DNA of 63,855 nt, the filler included, from Conidiobolus incongruus B7586 (Eukaryota), in the NCBI GenBank assembly GCA_000697335.1. It is 18 parts of 18 records of this genome, joined end to end, with 100 filler letters (N's around TTAATTAATTAA, not from the genome) between each part and the next. Parts side by side here need not be neighbours in the genome. Positions count along the whole stretch, not along the records: positions 11,780 to 18,460 come from JNEM01005857.1; positions 18,561 to 24,439 come from JNEM01005859.1; positions 24,540 to 25,989 come from JNEM01005860.1; 15 more parts are not named here. One strand, written 5' to 3'. Both the position numbers and the translations under genes were made by a program. Position 1 is the first letter of the stretch, and every line of letters starts with the position of its first letter. The notes beneath the pieces are model-generated. The model saw only the letters and a list, made by a program, of their open reading frames with translations, made no database searches and was not told the origin of the DNA. Below are positions 14,327 to 26,089 of the stretch, in pieces.

Positions 14327-15231
14327 GGTGCATTGAGTGTTTTGAGCATCAGGGTTTGGCCTTTGGATACGATGTATGGCATGTTCTTGTGAACCTTGGT
14401 ATGCTGAGTCAAATTGTCTGAGCGACTGAATGCCTTCTTACATGTAGGCTCGGGGCATAGATATGGTTTTTCTTTGGTGTGAAGCGATCTCACATGGCGT
14501 TTAAGATGTTCTGCGCGTTTAAACGACCTTGAGCAACCAGAATATTCGCATGCAAATGGCCGTGCTGCTGGTGACGCTATTGACGAAGGAGACTGTAAGG
14601 TTGTGGTAGGAGATTCAGATTTTAGAGGTTTTGTCTTTTCTTCCTTTGTCACTGGAGGATTTTGAACACATTCCGGAGGAGTTTTAGGGGATTGCAAGGC
14701 TTGCTGTAGAGGAGGTGACGGAGAGTGAAGAATAGGCGCCCATTCGGGAATTTCAGGTGATTTAAGGGCTTTGACAGAAATCGTCTCAGGGTTGGGAGTG
14801 ATTGCAGCAAGCTGGAGCGCACTGGGGTACGTTGAGGTAACAGGCTGTGAAAAAGGTATTGGCAAAGTGGTAATTTGGGGAAGTGGGGGTGATGATGATG
14901 ATAGAGTTGCAAATGACTGATACATGACGGGGGGTGTGGAAGTTGCTGAAAATTGAACAGACTGATAGCTGACATTATTAATGAAGCTTTGCTGTTGTTG
15001 TTGATGCTGCTGATGCTGATGCTGATGATGCTGATGATGCTGATGATGCTGATGATGATGACGATTAAAAGCAATCATCTGTGAATAATCATCCCACTGC
15101 TCCCATTGTGGTGGAGGATAAGAATGACTGGGGAAAGGAGGAGAATGTATCTGGTGTGGATGATTTGGAGCTTGGTGATGCTGTATATGGGGATAGGGAT
15201 AGTTTTGGTAATTATAGTTAGATTGATTCAT
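14233..15231 (-). CDS. Two-finger C2H2 transcription factor, Seb1/MsnA/Msn2-like
   Basis: [58 protein letters not shown]; His/Gln-rich and Pro/Ser-rich N-terminus; intronless 332 aa. Confidence 0.9.
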
Positions 15232-18094
15232 ATTAACAATGACTAAATATGAGGCAAGATAAACCAGGGAGCAGGATAATTTACAAGTTGTACTATTTTA
15301 TAATACAAAGACCAAAGCCTTAATAAGAAATATAAAAGTAAAAATCTCAGGGTTCGAAAGGGAAAAAGAGGTTAAAATTAAAATTTGATCCAATGGTGGG
15401 AAATAGTTAGATAAGGGTATTTATATGATTTTGAAATTTGAATGACCTGGCAACTGCCAATTAAAATGCATGGTTGCTTCAATTTATAATGAATGATTGA
15501 TGAATGATGAATAATAGCGAAAATGAAACTTGATTACTATTGTTTTAATCGAGTTTGTTTAATATTTTACAGTTGTTTATAATAATGTTGATTTGATTGT
15601 TCTACTGTTATGGCTAATGGAAATATTGGGTTTAGCTTCATTTTTATCTTTCGTTACAATTGGTTGAAGGGGAGAGAAAATATGTAAATGAAGTCATCGA
15701 TTTGAAACCCTTTGGTTAATTGGTGAATTTTTACAATTATTAATTAAACTCCTTAAATTTTAAATTATAAATACACACAACTAGAATAAAATAACTCTCT
15801 AATCTTACAGGATGAAATAATTTTATTATTCTATTTTTGTAAATTTTTCCGTATTTTGTCACCTGATAATAAGAAAATTTATTACTACTATTTTATCAAA
15901 GTTTTAAATATCAAATAATTTATTTTGAATATTATTTTATTTTTTTAAATGCATCAAATTTAAAAATAAAAATTAATAATAATTCATTTAAAAAATTATA
16001 AATTTTGAAAAATATTATGACTGGATGTTTAATTTAAAAAATATTAATTAAGATTTACCATAAACTTTATGAGATTCAGAATTCTTAGTTTAATGCTTAG
16101 TAATTTTTTAATTTTTTTTTCAATTATGATATTTGTTACAATTGACATCAATATTTAATGCAAGATTATCAATTATCACAAAGAGTTAATTTGTCAATTT
16201 TATTGAAATGCATTAATTGATGTCAATTTTTTATTCGATATCTCTTAACAATTGATTTTATGACAGTTTAAAATTATTCAAATTATCACTAATCTAGTAT
16301 TAGGTATTCTCAAAGATAACCTTACATTTCGAATTTTTTTGCTTTTAACCAATAACAGAAGTCATTATATAATTGATCAAATATAGCATTATCCAATTAT
16401 ATTTAATAAAGTCACTACTGGTGGATTTGAAATGTAACTTTATCTTTGGAAATACTTAATAGAATGATTAATTCAATTAAATTCATAATTAAAATTAATT
16501 TCTTACCCTTTTTATTGAAAAATTATTAATTTTTTTATTAATAAAAGAATTTACGAATGATCTATTATGATTGGTTAAAATTTTATTGAGGTATGTTAGA
16601 TTTCATCATATTTCAAATTAAACTAATTATTAAAAATTATTTTGTTGACTTTGTCATTGTTCAATAATTAATTGAAGTGTTAAAATAATCGATATAAATC
16701 TAAGACATAAGGTGTGTTTTCACATTATCATAAGACAACCATTATAATTCAAAATATATTCATTAATAAGCCGAAAAAATATTATCTCAAGATTAAATGG
16801 TGAACCTTTCAATATTGGTATCTTTGTACTCCATTATTTGATAATTTAATTATAAATCTATATATTAGATTGACCATATTTGCTTAAAATGATAATATTG
16901 ATGCCATCATTATATCAATAAATCAGCTAACCTTTAAAAAAGTCACTTTCAAAGCCCTATTTCAACTTTTCAATTTTAAATTTTAAATAAATATTTCATT
17001 CATTTAATATGTTCTCAATGACACATTTCAGAATAATATGAATATGTTTTTATATAATTCAAAGTAGCATTCGTAAATCTGAACATTTTCACGCTATGGT
17101 ACGAATTTACATCCTTTATTTCCTAATTTTTAATTATAACAATAATATAATATTGAAAAATAAATCAAATTGATCATTATTGTACTTCTGAACATAAATT
17201 TATAAATTCCGAGAATTATTAAACTGTTTCTAGAATTAAATTATAAGTTTAAAATTTTGCAAATCATTCATATCAGAACTCATTATAAATTATAAATATT
17301 TGATATATTTAGAATTTTTGAAATTTGCCTTTTATACATTAATTAATTTATATATTTCTTTTTTATTTGATAAATTCCACAAATACCCGATGAAATGCCG
17401 ATCAGTATCATTGGTGAGGTAAAACCTCGATTTTCAATTCAATACACGTTTCACTATTTTATTCAATAAAACTACACATAGGTGCATTATTCTTGAATCA
17501 ATCTAAACTATTTGTATTATTGCTACCAGAATTTCAACTGATTTTGAGTAAGCGCATCAATACTTAAACAAAGCCTAGATAAACCATTACTTGTAGCACA
17601 GATACTTGGATATTATTTCACAATAGTCTTTAGTTTCAAACATTATAGCACTAACATGCTAATGTCATCCTTATTCAAATATCAGCAATAATAAATTTGT
17701 CTCTGCCTAATAAATATGAAAAATTATTAGAATCTCATCAAAAAACCATAGATATCAGCATAGAGCTGTAAAGGTTAAAATCATATTTACTACTGATGGA
17801 TTCTAATTTTACTTTGATTTTAATTTTGGATAATGCTTTAATCAAAGAGAAAAAAATATTTGACTTAAAAATTTGTTATATAACAGTCTCGTCAAAATAC
17901 CTGAAATAAAACCTTTAATAATATATTTAACACCTTAAAAAAGTTTCAATGAATATAAATAATTTGAGATATTATATTAAAAATTAATTTCAAATATATT
18001 AATTTATAAAGCTTTTTAAAATAAATATATAATAGAGATGTTTGAGGTTAATATTACCTATAAACATAAGGTAATTTATTACAAATTAATATTA

Positions 18095-18460
18095 TTAGTG
18101 CAGAAATTAAGTAATGGCACAATTTTAAAATTAAAATTAAACAAATAAATTAATAAATAATATATAAAAATTAATGAATAATATAAAATTAATAGCCTCC
18201 TTTATTATTAATAACTCTTTTCTATACCTTTAGTAAGCTTCTAATACCTAAAAAACAGTTCTTTTTATTAAAGACTGAAATTTGATGTTTCACAAACCAA
18301 TTTAATTTGTTTGCAGGAATTTTTTTTCCTGCAAGCTGTTTTTTTAATTGTTTAAAACAATTATAATCACATGGATTATAATCAGGTGAATATACTGGAT
18401 GTGGTAACTCCCTCTAATTTTTTTTATATAAAAAATCTTTTACAGCTTTAGCTTTATGTA
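18095..18460 (-). mobile_element. Mariner family A 3' end with TIR, lightly mutated copy
   Basis: Minus strand HKAKAVKDFLYKKN*RELPHPVYSPDYNPCDYNCFKQLKKQLAGKK (mariner HPPYSPDLAPSD motif); TA followed by TIR TTAGTGCAGAAATTAAGTAATGGC. Confidence 0.9.
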
Positions 18461-18560
18461 NNNNNNNNNNNNNNNNNNNNNNNNNNNNNNNNNNNNNNNN
18501 NNNNTTAATTAATTAANNNNNNNNNNNNNNNNNNNNNNNNNNNNNNNNNNNNNNNNNNNN

Positions 18561-18994
18561 TTTAATTAAAATAATTTTTAATTAATATTTTTATTATAAA
18601 TTAAAGATATTTATTATTTTATATAATAATTATAAAATATATAAAGTTAAATTAATAAAAATTTTTTATATAAAAAATTAAAAATATACACTATATCTAA
18701 TATATTCACTAAATTATAATCTATGTAATTATGATTATTATAGGTAATTAAAAAGTATTTACAAGAAAATAAATTCCTACAAACAAATTAAATTGGTTTG
18801 TGAAATATTAAACTTTATTTTTTAATAAAAATCTATTTTTTAAATGTTAGAAGCTTGCCAAAAGTATAGCAAAGAGCTATTAATAATAAAAGAAAGTATT
18901 AACTTTATATTGTGTATTAATTTCTATAATTTATATATTAGTATTTTTTTAATTTTAATTTTAAAATTTTGCTATTATTTAATTTCTGTACTAA
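18561..18994 (+). mobile_element. Mariner family A 3' end with TIR, opposite orientation
   Basis: Inverted homologue of 18095-18460 (caaacaaattaaattggtttgtgaaa); ends aatttctgtactaa followed by TA. Confidence 0.8.
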
Positions 18995-19982
18995 TAGTTA
19001 CTACAATTTAAACATAAAATTCAAAGATATAATAAAATGTTGGAATATCCTATTTGATACATAGTAATATATACTGAATATCATCGTTAATAAAATTGAT
19101 AGGAAAATATAATTCATTTATAACTCAAATTAATACATATTTAGCAATTGAAGATAATTACCAATCACAATATTATCTAGTCAGTATATATTAAAAAAAT
19201 AAATCTGAGTTTTATTTTGAACATATTCCAAGTTTTAATAAATAATTAATTGAAAAAAATATAATTTTCAAGAAATATTCAAAATTCGCAATTAAATCAT
19301 ATAAAATTTCAAATTTTTTTTTCAAATTTAGAAATATAATTGATAATTTTTTTAATCATTAAATAGAATTACTTATAAAAAAATCAAATAATATATTATG
19401 TACTGTTATTTTCCTTATTGAATTAATTAAATTTATTAAATTATAATTATGTTAACTCATATTAATTCATTTTAAGCAGATTTTTATTCATATTCTTAAA
19501 TTTGAAAATACACGATCAATTTGTAGTGGTTGATATTCTCAGGGTATAATTACTTATTACGCTTATTATACCAACTAAAATAATCTCATCAAGTTTTACT
19601 ATTTTAAATCTGTTTTCATACATATATAGAAACTCAATCTGAAATTAAATTTTTAAAATGAAAATATGAATATATTAGTTATAAATTAGTACATATATAG
19701 TGGATGTTCATATGAATATATTTACATAATTTGAAAAAAGTCCATACAACTGATAAATTTAATTTTATCTATTTTATCTAAATGGAAACTCTTTAGTTAA
19801 TGTGTATTTAAATTTTAATGTTTAAAACTATTGAATTGCTGAGTATGGTATTGAAATTCTAATGGAATATAACCTATATAGAAATCATTTGGTTTAAATT
19901 AATATAAATTATATATATGAATTTATAAGGATTAAATCAACTATATTCCTCAAAGAATAATTTCATTATATAAGTAAATACT

Positions 19983-21485
19983 TTATATACTTAGTGGATA
20001 AAAATCTAATGAAAAGACTGATGATAATCCAAAATAATAAGGATCAAATCCAGATCCAATATAACATCGAATATTCGGATAATTTTGGTATAAATTACTA
20101 ATACGAGGATCCATGTATCGAGTATTATTCTTGCGTACTAAAATTAATTTTTTAATATTAGGACAGTGATTGAGTAATCGTTCCAACTTTTGATCTAGTG
20201 AATTATGATCAACAGAAAGAATAATTTCTTCCCAATTGAGGGGAGGTGATTGAATTAACTTTTCAAAAGAATTATTAAAAAGATTTTTACAGCATTGGAT
20301 GCTGATTAACTGAGGTAATATCTTGGGAATAAGATGCCAATCTTCGAAGACACCATAAGGTTTTTCACCCTGGTTAAGGTACAGATGAGTCACATATGGG
20401 AATGGAGAGTGAAAATCTTGCTCAAAAGTTAATAAAGTATTAATAAAGCATGGTAAAGAAAGCTTTCTGAGTTTGGTGAATGAATGATTTGAAGGAATAG
20501 TTAACACTGGTAATGGTTCTCTAATTCCAAGCTCTCTTAACTCTGGACAGTATTTGATGATCATCTCCAAGATTGAAGGGTTCATCCATGGAATAAAGAG
20601 CTTGGTTAATTGATGACAGGTTGATGGAAAGATTGAAGAAATAGGATTTGAACTAGTTATGAATGTTTCAGATTGTATATCGTTCAAGTGTTTTCGATGA
20701 TTAAATCTCAAAGTAATAGTTGATAATCTAGTTAATCCATATTGAAATACTTTCGACCGAGGCAAAATGTGATACAATGTATCAATATTCCAGTGGCAAT
20801 AAACTGAAAAATGTTTCATATTGGCCAATTGGTCCAAAACTATAAAAATATCATAAATTGTATTTTCATTTGATAAACTAAAAGGAATAGATAAATTCAA
20901 GGTGTGTAAATTATTGAATTTGGTCACGATATTTGAAATCTCGCTGAAATGAGGCTGTCTATAAAGAGATATATCGAGTTTAGTAATTTCATTGCACTGT
21001 ATCAAGTTTTTAAGGAATTTTGAATTGATGTTAAAATTGATCAATTTGACAGATTTGATATTGGTTAAATCGGCTGAACTTAATTGATTATCTAGCTCTA
21101 ATCTAAAATCTTCTAATAGAGTAATTGATTCGATGTCAGGCCAATGCGTAAATAATATGTTGTAAGTTTTTAGAGCTCGCATATCTGACTGCATGATATC
21201 AAATTCTCTGATGTTAGGACAAAACTCTATTAAATCTTTAAGATCAATTCTATTTCGCTGCAATAAATATGGAGGGATAATTTTGACGAATTTGCCATAT
21301 TTGAATAATATTGATCGAATATCAGGATGCTGTTCGATTGAATAACTGAGCTGAGCCCAAAGATAAGGTAAACATAATTGATGAATAAGCTGACAGGTTA
21401 AGCTCATCGATGATACATCCTCTCTCGGTAAGTGAAGAATAATACTATCCAAAACATGTTTAGGAAAATCTGTCAATTTGGTCAT
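19983..21485 (-). CDS. F-box / RNI-like leucine-rich repeat protein
   Basis: N-terminal F-box LTDFPKHVLDSIILHLPREDVSSMSLTCQLIHQLCLPYLW; repeats CPNIREFDI, CPELRELGI, FTKLRKLSL, CPNIKKLIL; intronless 500 aa. Confidence 0.85.
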   Translation of the reverse strand: MTKLTDFPKHVLDSIILHLPREDVSSMSLTCQLIHQLCLPYLWAQLSYSIEQHPDIRSILFKYGKFVKIIPPYLLQRNRIDLKDLIEFCPNIREFDIMQSDMRALKTYNILFTHWPDIESITLLEDFRLELDNQLSSADLTNIKSVKLINFNINSKFLKNLIQCNEITKLDISLYRQPHFSEISNIVTKFNNLHTLNLSIPFSLSNENTIYDIFIVLDQLANMKHFSVYCHWNIDTLYHILPRSKVFQYGLTRLSTITLRFNHRKHLNDIQSETFITSSNPISSIFPSTCHQLTKLFIPWMNPSILEMIIKYCPELRELGIREPLPVLTIPSNHSFTKLRKLSLPCFINTLLTFEQDFHSPFPYVTHLYLNQGEKPYGVFEDWHLIPKILPQLISIQCCKNLFNNSFEKLIQSPPLNWEEIILSVDHNSLDQKLERLLNHCPNIKKLILVRKNNTRYMDPRISNLYQNYPNIRCYIGSGFDPYYFGLSSVFSLDFYPLSI

Positions 21486-22539
21486 TTTATTTTGATTAGG
21501 AATAGAAATCGAATCTTTATATAAAATATTTGAAACAAAATTTATGCAATCACTATTTGGTAAATTTTCATAACAAATTTTAAAGTAACCTTTTTTAATT
21601 ATGTAGCATCTAGGTTTATATCTACTAAAAAATACTATAATGTTGATTTACCTTATATCTTTACCAATTAATTGATACTGGCAATTGAAAATTTTAATTT
21701 TCACTGATTTGTATTAGGAATGAAAATTGGGTTGTATTTTGAATAAAATTAATATTGATGAAGTTAATAAATTTGATGGGTTCAGGATATTATATTTTAA
21801 AATTATATATTAGAAAATATATAGTCATGTAAATTATTAAAATATTTATTATATTTTCTTTGGAATTTTTTTATCATATTTCGAACTGGTTTTAGAATTA
21901 CGAGTTTATGAAGAGGACACTTTAATCCATTGTTTCAAGATCTGGTGATATTTTTGAAATTCCACTCAATGAGCTACCGCATAATAAGTTTGAAATATTT
22001 AAAACATTCTATTTACTCGAATAAATTCTCTCTTCTATTCTATTTTATTCTCTATATTTATTTACCCTTTTATGCATTTTCATAGTACTTTATTCCATTT
22101 TATGGGATTCATCTCCCAGAGCGAGTTTACACACCAACATGAAAACGTTGTTGATTTTAATGTCAATTTCACTTTAACATAATGTAAAATTTTAATTTCA
22201 AATATTTTCATTATTAACTAATAATAATAAATTGTACTCATTGCTAATATAATCTTTAAATTTGAATTTCATATTATTTATCTTAATTTCAAAATCAAAA
22301 AAATTAAATCCAATTTACTTGGAATAATATTTATTCAGATTTCAAATATTAATTGTGATAAATTTTATAACTTATATAGAAATTAACTCTAAAATGTTAT
22401 CATTTTTAATAATTAATTGTAATGATGATTTAATAAATAGTATTTTATACCTCATTATCACTATTCAACTAAATCTTATTATAAATAGAATTTTATAATG
22501 AATGATATTTTACTATCTTTTTAATTTTTAAAATTTATA

Positions 22540-23019
22540 ATGACACTTGTTAAACTCATTAGTTCTGAATCTATTGCTTTTGAAGTTGAAAAGGATGTTA
22601 TCATCAGTAGCAGTTTAATCAAAAACATGTTGAAAGATAATAACAAATCTAATTATGAGATACATCTACCAATTGTAAGTGCTCCAATCTTGACTAGAGT
22701 AATAGAATACTTGAATCACCACAAAAACGATCTTTCAAAAGATGAAGCAGAGGATGCAGCAGACTGTGATTCCAAACAATCTGAAGATACTATGGCTTGG
22801 GATTATCAATTTTGCAAAGTTGATCTAAATACTTTATGCAATTTAAATATGGCAGCAAAATACTTGCAAATCGGCTCTTTATTGAGACTCACAGAGAAAT
22901 GTATTCGTAATATACTTAAAGAAAAATCAGATGAAGAAATTAGTAATATTCTTAATACTGAAACCGATTTAACTTCTAAAAAAATTATTGGAGCTAAGGA
23001 TCAATATCAAAAAGTTTGA
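22540..23019 (+). CDS. Divergent Skp1-family protein
   Basis: VKLISSE..FEVEK..S.LIKNML, I.LP.V...IL.RVIEY..HH, WD.QF.KVD..TL..L..AA.YL.I..LL; C-terminal region degenerate; intronless 159 aa. Confidence 0.88.
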   Translation: MTLVKLISSESIAFEVEKDVIISSSLIKNMLKDNNKSNYEIHLPIVSAPILTRVIEYLNHHKNDLSKDEAEDAADCDSKQSEDTMAWDYQFCKVDLNTLCNLNMAAKYLQIGSLLRLTEKCIRNILKEKSDEEISNILNTETDLTSKKIIGAKDQYQKV

Positions 23020-23710
23020 CGCTTTTAAACTTTTTGACCTTGAAATTATTTTAAATTATGAGATATAATGTTATTAAATCCATATCATATTTTATTGTGT
23101 TCAATTTATTTATTATAACTAATAGTTGTTATTGTTTGATATTAACTTTCCTCATTATATTTTGTTCCAATTAATAATATAATTAAAATTTTCCAATTTT
23201 AATTTTCAATACTAAATAAATAATTTAATGATGATATATATTTTTTATTAATTATTAAATTTAAACAAGTCAATTTGATTAATATATTTAACATTTTTAT
23301 CAAATAAATTGATTTTAAATAATATTTTGATATTAGATATTGTTTTTATATTCAGAAAAGGAAATATAATATTAAAATTTAAGAAAAAATTATTAAAATA
23401 ATAAATTAAGTTAAAATTAAACTAAAAATATAATAAAATAAATATTTAATAATGCTATAATATTAAAAAAATAATATTAGAGAATGGTATTAACATAGGT
23501 ATTTTTATATAATATATAAATTATATTATTATAAAAATAAACTATTACATAATTATAATATAAAAAAATAATTATTAATGTATAATGTATAATGTTAAAA
23601 ATAATAAATAATATATAATTTATATTTTTTATAATATTAATAGCTTTTTACCATATTATTAATAAACTTTTAATATTTAAAAATTAATTTTTTATTAAAG
23701 GCTAATGTTT

Positions 23711-24109
23711 TATAAGTGTAGTGATAGTTAAACTAATATAGTATAGAGGAAGACTTAATATAAAAATAGTGTGGCACAGAATATAGTGAGGTAGTATAGA
23801 ATATAGTGTGGAGATATAAATAAAATTTAATTAAGCTTCAAATTAAGATAAGTCACTGATAAATTAATATTTATATTAGGTAGTGCCAATATACTATAAT
23901 ATTAATAGAATATAGTTTTAATTTTAGAAGTAATGTAAAAATAAGAAATAATAAGAATTGAGAGAAAAAAAAGAACTTAATTTATTAGATAATTTAATGC
24001 TATTTATATAATTAATTTAACTATAAAAGTATAAATTAACCTTATAATTTATAGTTAATTGAATTATATAAAAATATATATAAGAATTTAAAAAATTAGT
24101 CTTTTAACA
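23711..24109 (-). repeat. Solo LTR with probable 5-bp target-site duplication
   Basis: Same LTR family as 28555-28955; flanked by TGTTT (23706-23710) and TATTT (24110-24114). Confidence 0.85.
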
Positions 24110-24439
24110 TATTTGTTATTTTAACTTAATCTTTATATAAGAATTTTTTCTTGTAAGTTTATTTTTTAAAAGATAAAAGCAATTATAATTATATTAGCTA
24201 TAATCTAATAAATTTACTAAATAGAATAACTTAATCTAGGATATTTATAAAAAGAAATTATTATTAATATAAAGTTAAATATATTAGAGTTATTATATAA
24301 AATAATAAATATTTTAATTTTATTATAAAAGTACCAATTAGAAATCATTTTTTTTAAAAAAATACAAATATCCAATTAACTAATATTATTTTTGAAAAAT
24401 CAAATAAATAATCTATATATTATTATATTTAATTAATAT
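24110..24439 (-). mobile_element. Degenerate mariner transposase fragment adjoining the solo LTR
   Basis: Minus strand *IKLFYLVNLLDYS*YNYNCFYLLKNKLTRK is a transition-mutated form of W.ELPHP.NSPDY.PCDYNCF. Confidence 0.6.
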
Positions 24440-25009
24440 NNNNNNNNNNNNNNNNNNNNNNNNNNNNNNNNNNNNNNNNNNNNTTAATTAATTAANNNNN
24501 NNNNNNNNNNNNNNNNNNNNNNNNNNNNNNNNNNNNNNNTTAAATTTAAGTGTAAATTTTAAAATCAAAATATTTTAATAAAAAAAATAATTAAAATTGA
24601 ATATATATATATAGTTTGAAAATATTTATTTTCCTATATATTATATATATATATATAATCTTTCAAAACATATAATATTTTTGAAAGATCAGAAATTAAA
24701 AAATTTGCCATTTCTTAATTTCCATACTAATAATATATATAATTTTTAAAACCTAATATATATTGGTATATTATTTAATTAAAATAATTAAAAATTATTA
24801 TTATATATTTTGATAATATTCTATTTTAAGACAAATTATATTTATTATATTTTATAATAAAATTAGGATTATATAGATAATTAAATTAATTAATACTTGA
24901 TATTATCTTTATTATTATTTAATATTACTTTGAGATATATATAAATATATATAATTTTCCAATTATTAAATAATTTAGGTATTTTGTAAAAATTTTATAA
25001 TATTTAAAT

Positions 25010-25989
25010 ATTAATATATAAATTTTTAATATTACTTTGTAATTTAAATAATAAGTATTTTTTATAAATGAATAAAAATAAATATTTCTATATATAATAT
25101 TAAATTAATAATTTCTTTTATCTCTAATAACTTCTTTTCTATTTGTTTTAATAAATACTTAATATTTAAAAATAGTTTTTTATTAAAAATTAAATTTGAT
25201 ATTTTAAACTAATTAAATTATCCTATAGAAATTTTCTTTCCTATAAGTTAATTTTTTAATTACTTAAAACAATTATAATTACATAGGTTATAATCTAAAA
25301 AAAATACTAAATATAATAATTTTTTCTAGTTAATTTTGATTAAAAGGTTTTTTACAACTTTAAATTTAGGTATTTTATAATTATTATATAAAATAATAGG
25401 TTTTCACAAATTATATTAAAAATACTAATTAAAAATAATTTTATTTAAAGAAAATATAAAGTTTATTATTATTTGTTTTTCCTTTAAAAACTAAATAGAA
25501 ATAATATATACAATTATAATCTATTATAATAATTAACATTTATTTATTAATAAAATATTTATTTAAAGAAATTTATAAAAAAGATTATTTTAATTTAATC
25601 TAATATATTAATTTAAGTTTTAATAAAAGATTATACAAAAATTTTAAGATTCATCAATTATAATAATTCATTACAAAAGCTTTAGTTTCTAGTTATATTT
25701 TAGTGTTTTATTTAATAATAGTTACTATAGCTTTTTTTTAAGCTTTAGTTAGATTATTAAGTACCTAATTTATATTTTTATTAATTAATTTTAAATTAAG
25801 CTTTAATATATATAAAATACTTATTTAACTAATATTAAAATATCTTAATAATATTTTAACTAAAATAAAAAGGTGATTTTTAATATATTTTTTCACTTTA
25901 TTTATAATTAAAAGAATGATAATTAAAATTAATTTTTTAGATTTTAATAGGTTTTAGGTAATTTCTCTTTTAATCTTAAAATAATTTAC
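25010..25989 (-). mobile_element. Degenerate mariner family A copy
   Basis: Collinear with 37442-38594 and 40320-41613; aagattcatcaatt = IDES* (first catalytic Asp), taagtacc = WVP region. Confidence 0.8.
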
Positions 25990-26089
25990 NNNNNNNNNNN
26001 NNNNNNNNNNNNNNNNNNNNNNNNNNNNNNNNNTTAATTAATTAANNNNNNNNNNNNNNNNNNNNNNNNNNNNNNNNNNNNNNNNNNNN

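Noticed and set aside
14990..15062. CAT/CAG repeat tract and (TA)n runs (~429, ~13707, ~58746) as special elements
   Set aside because: Ordinary coding His/Gln low complexity and microsatellites.
18095..18994. One ~900-bp foldback/MITE or hAT element
   Set aside because: These are two mariner 3' ends of different mutation load on separate contigs; transposase motifs and TA flanks indicate mariner.
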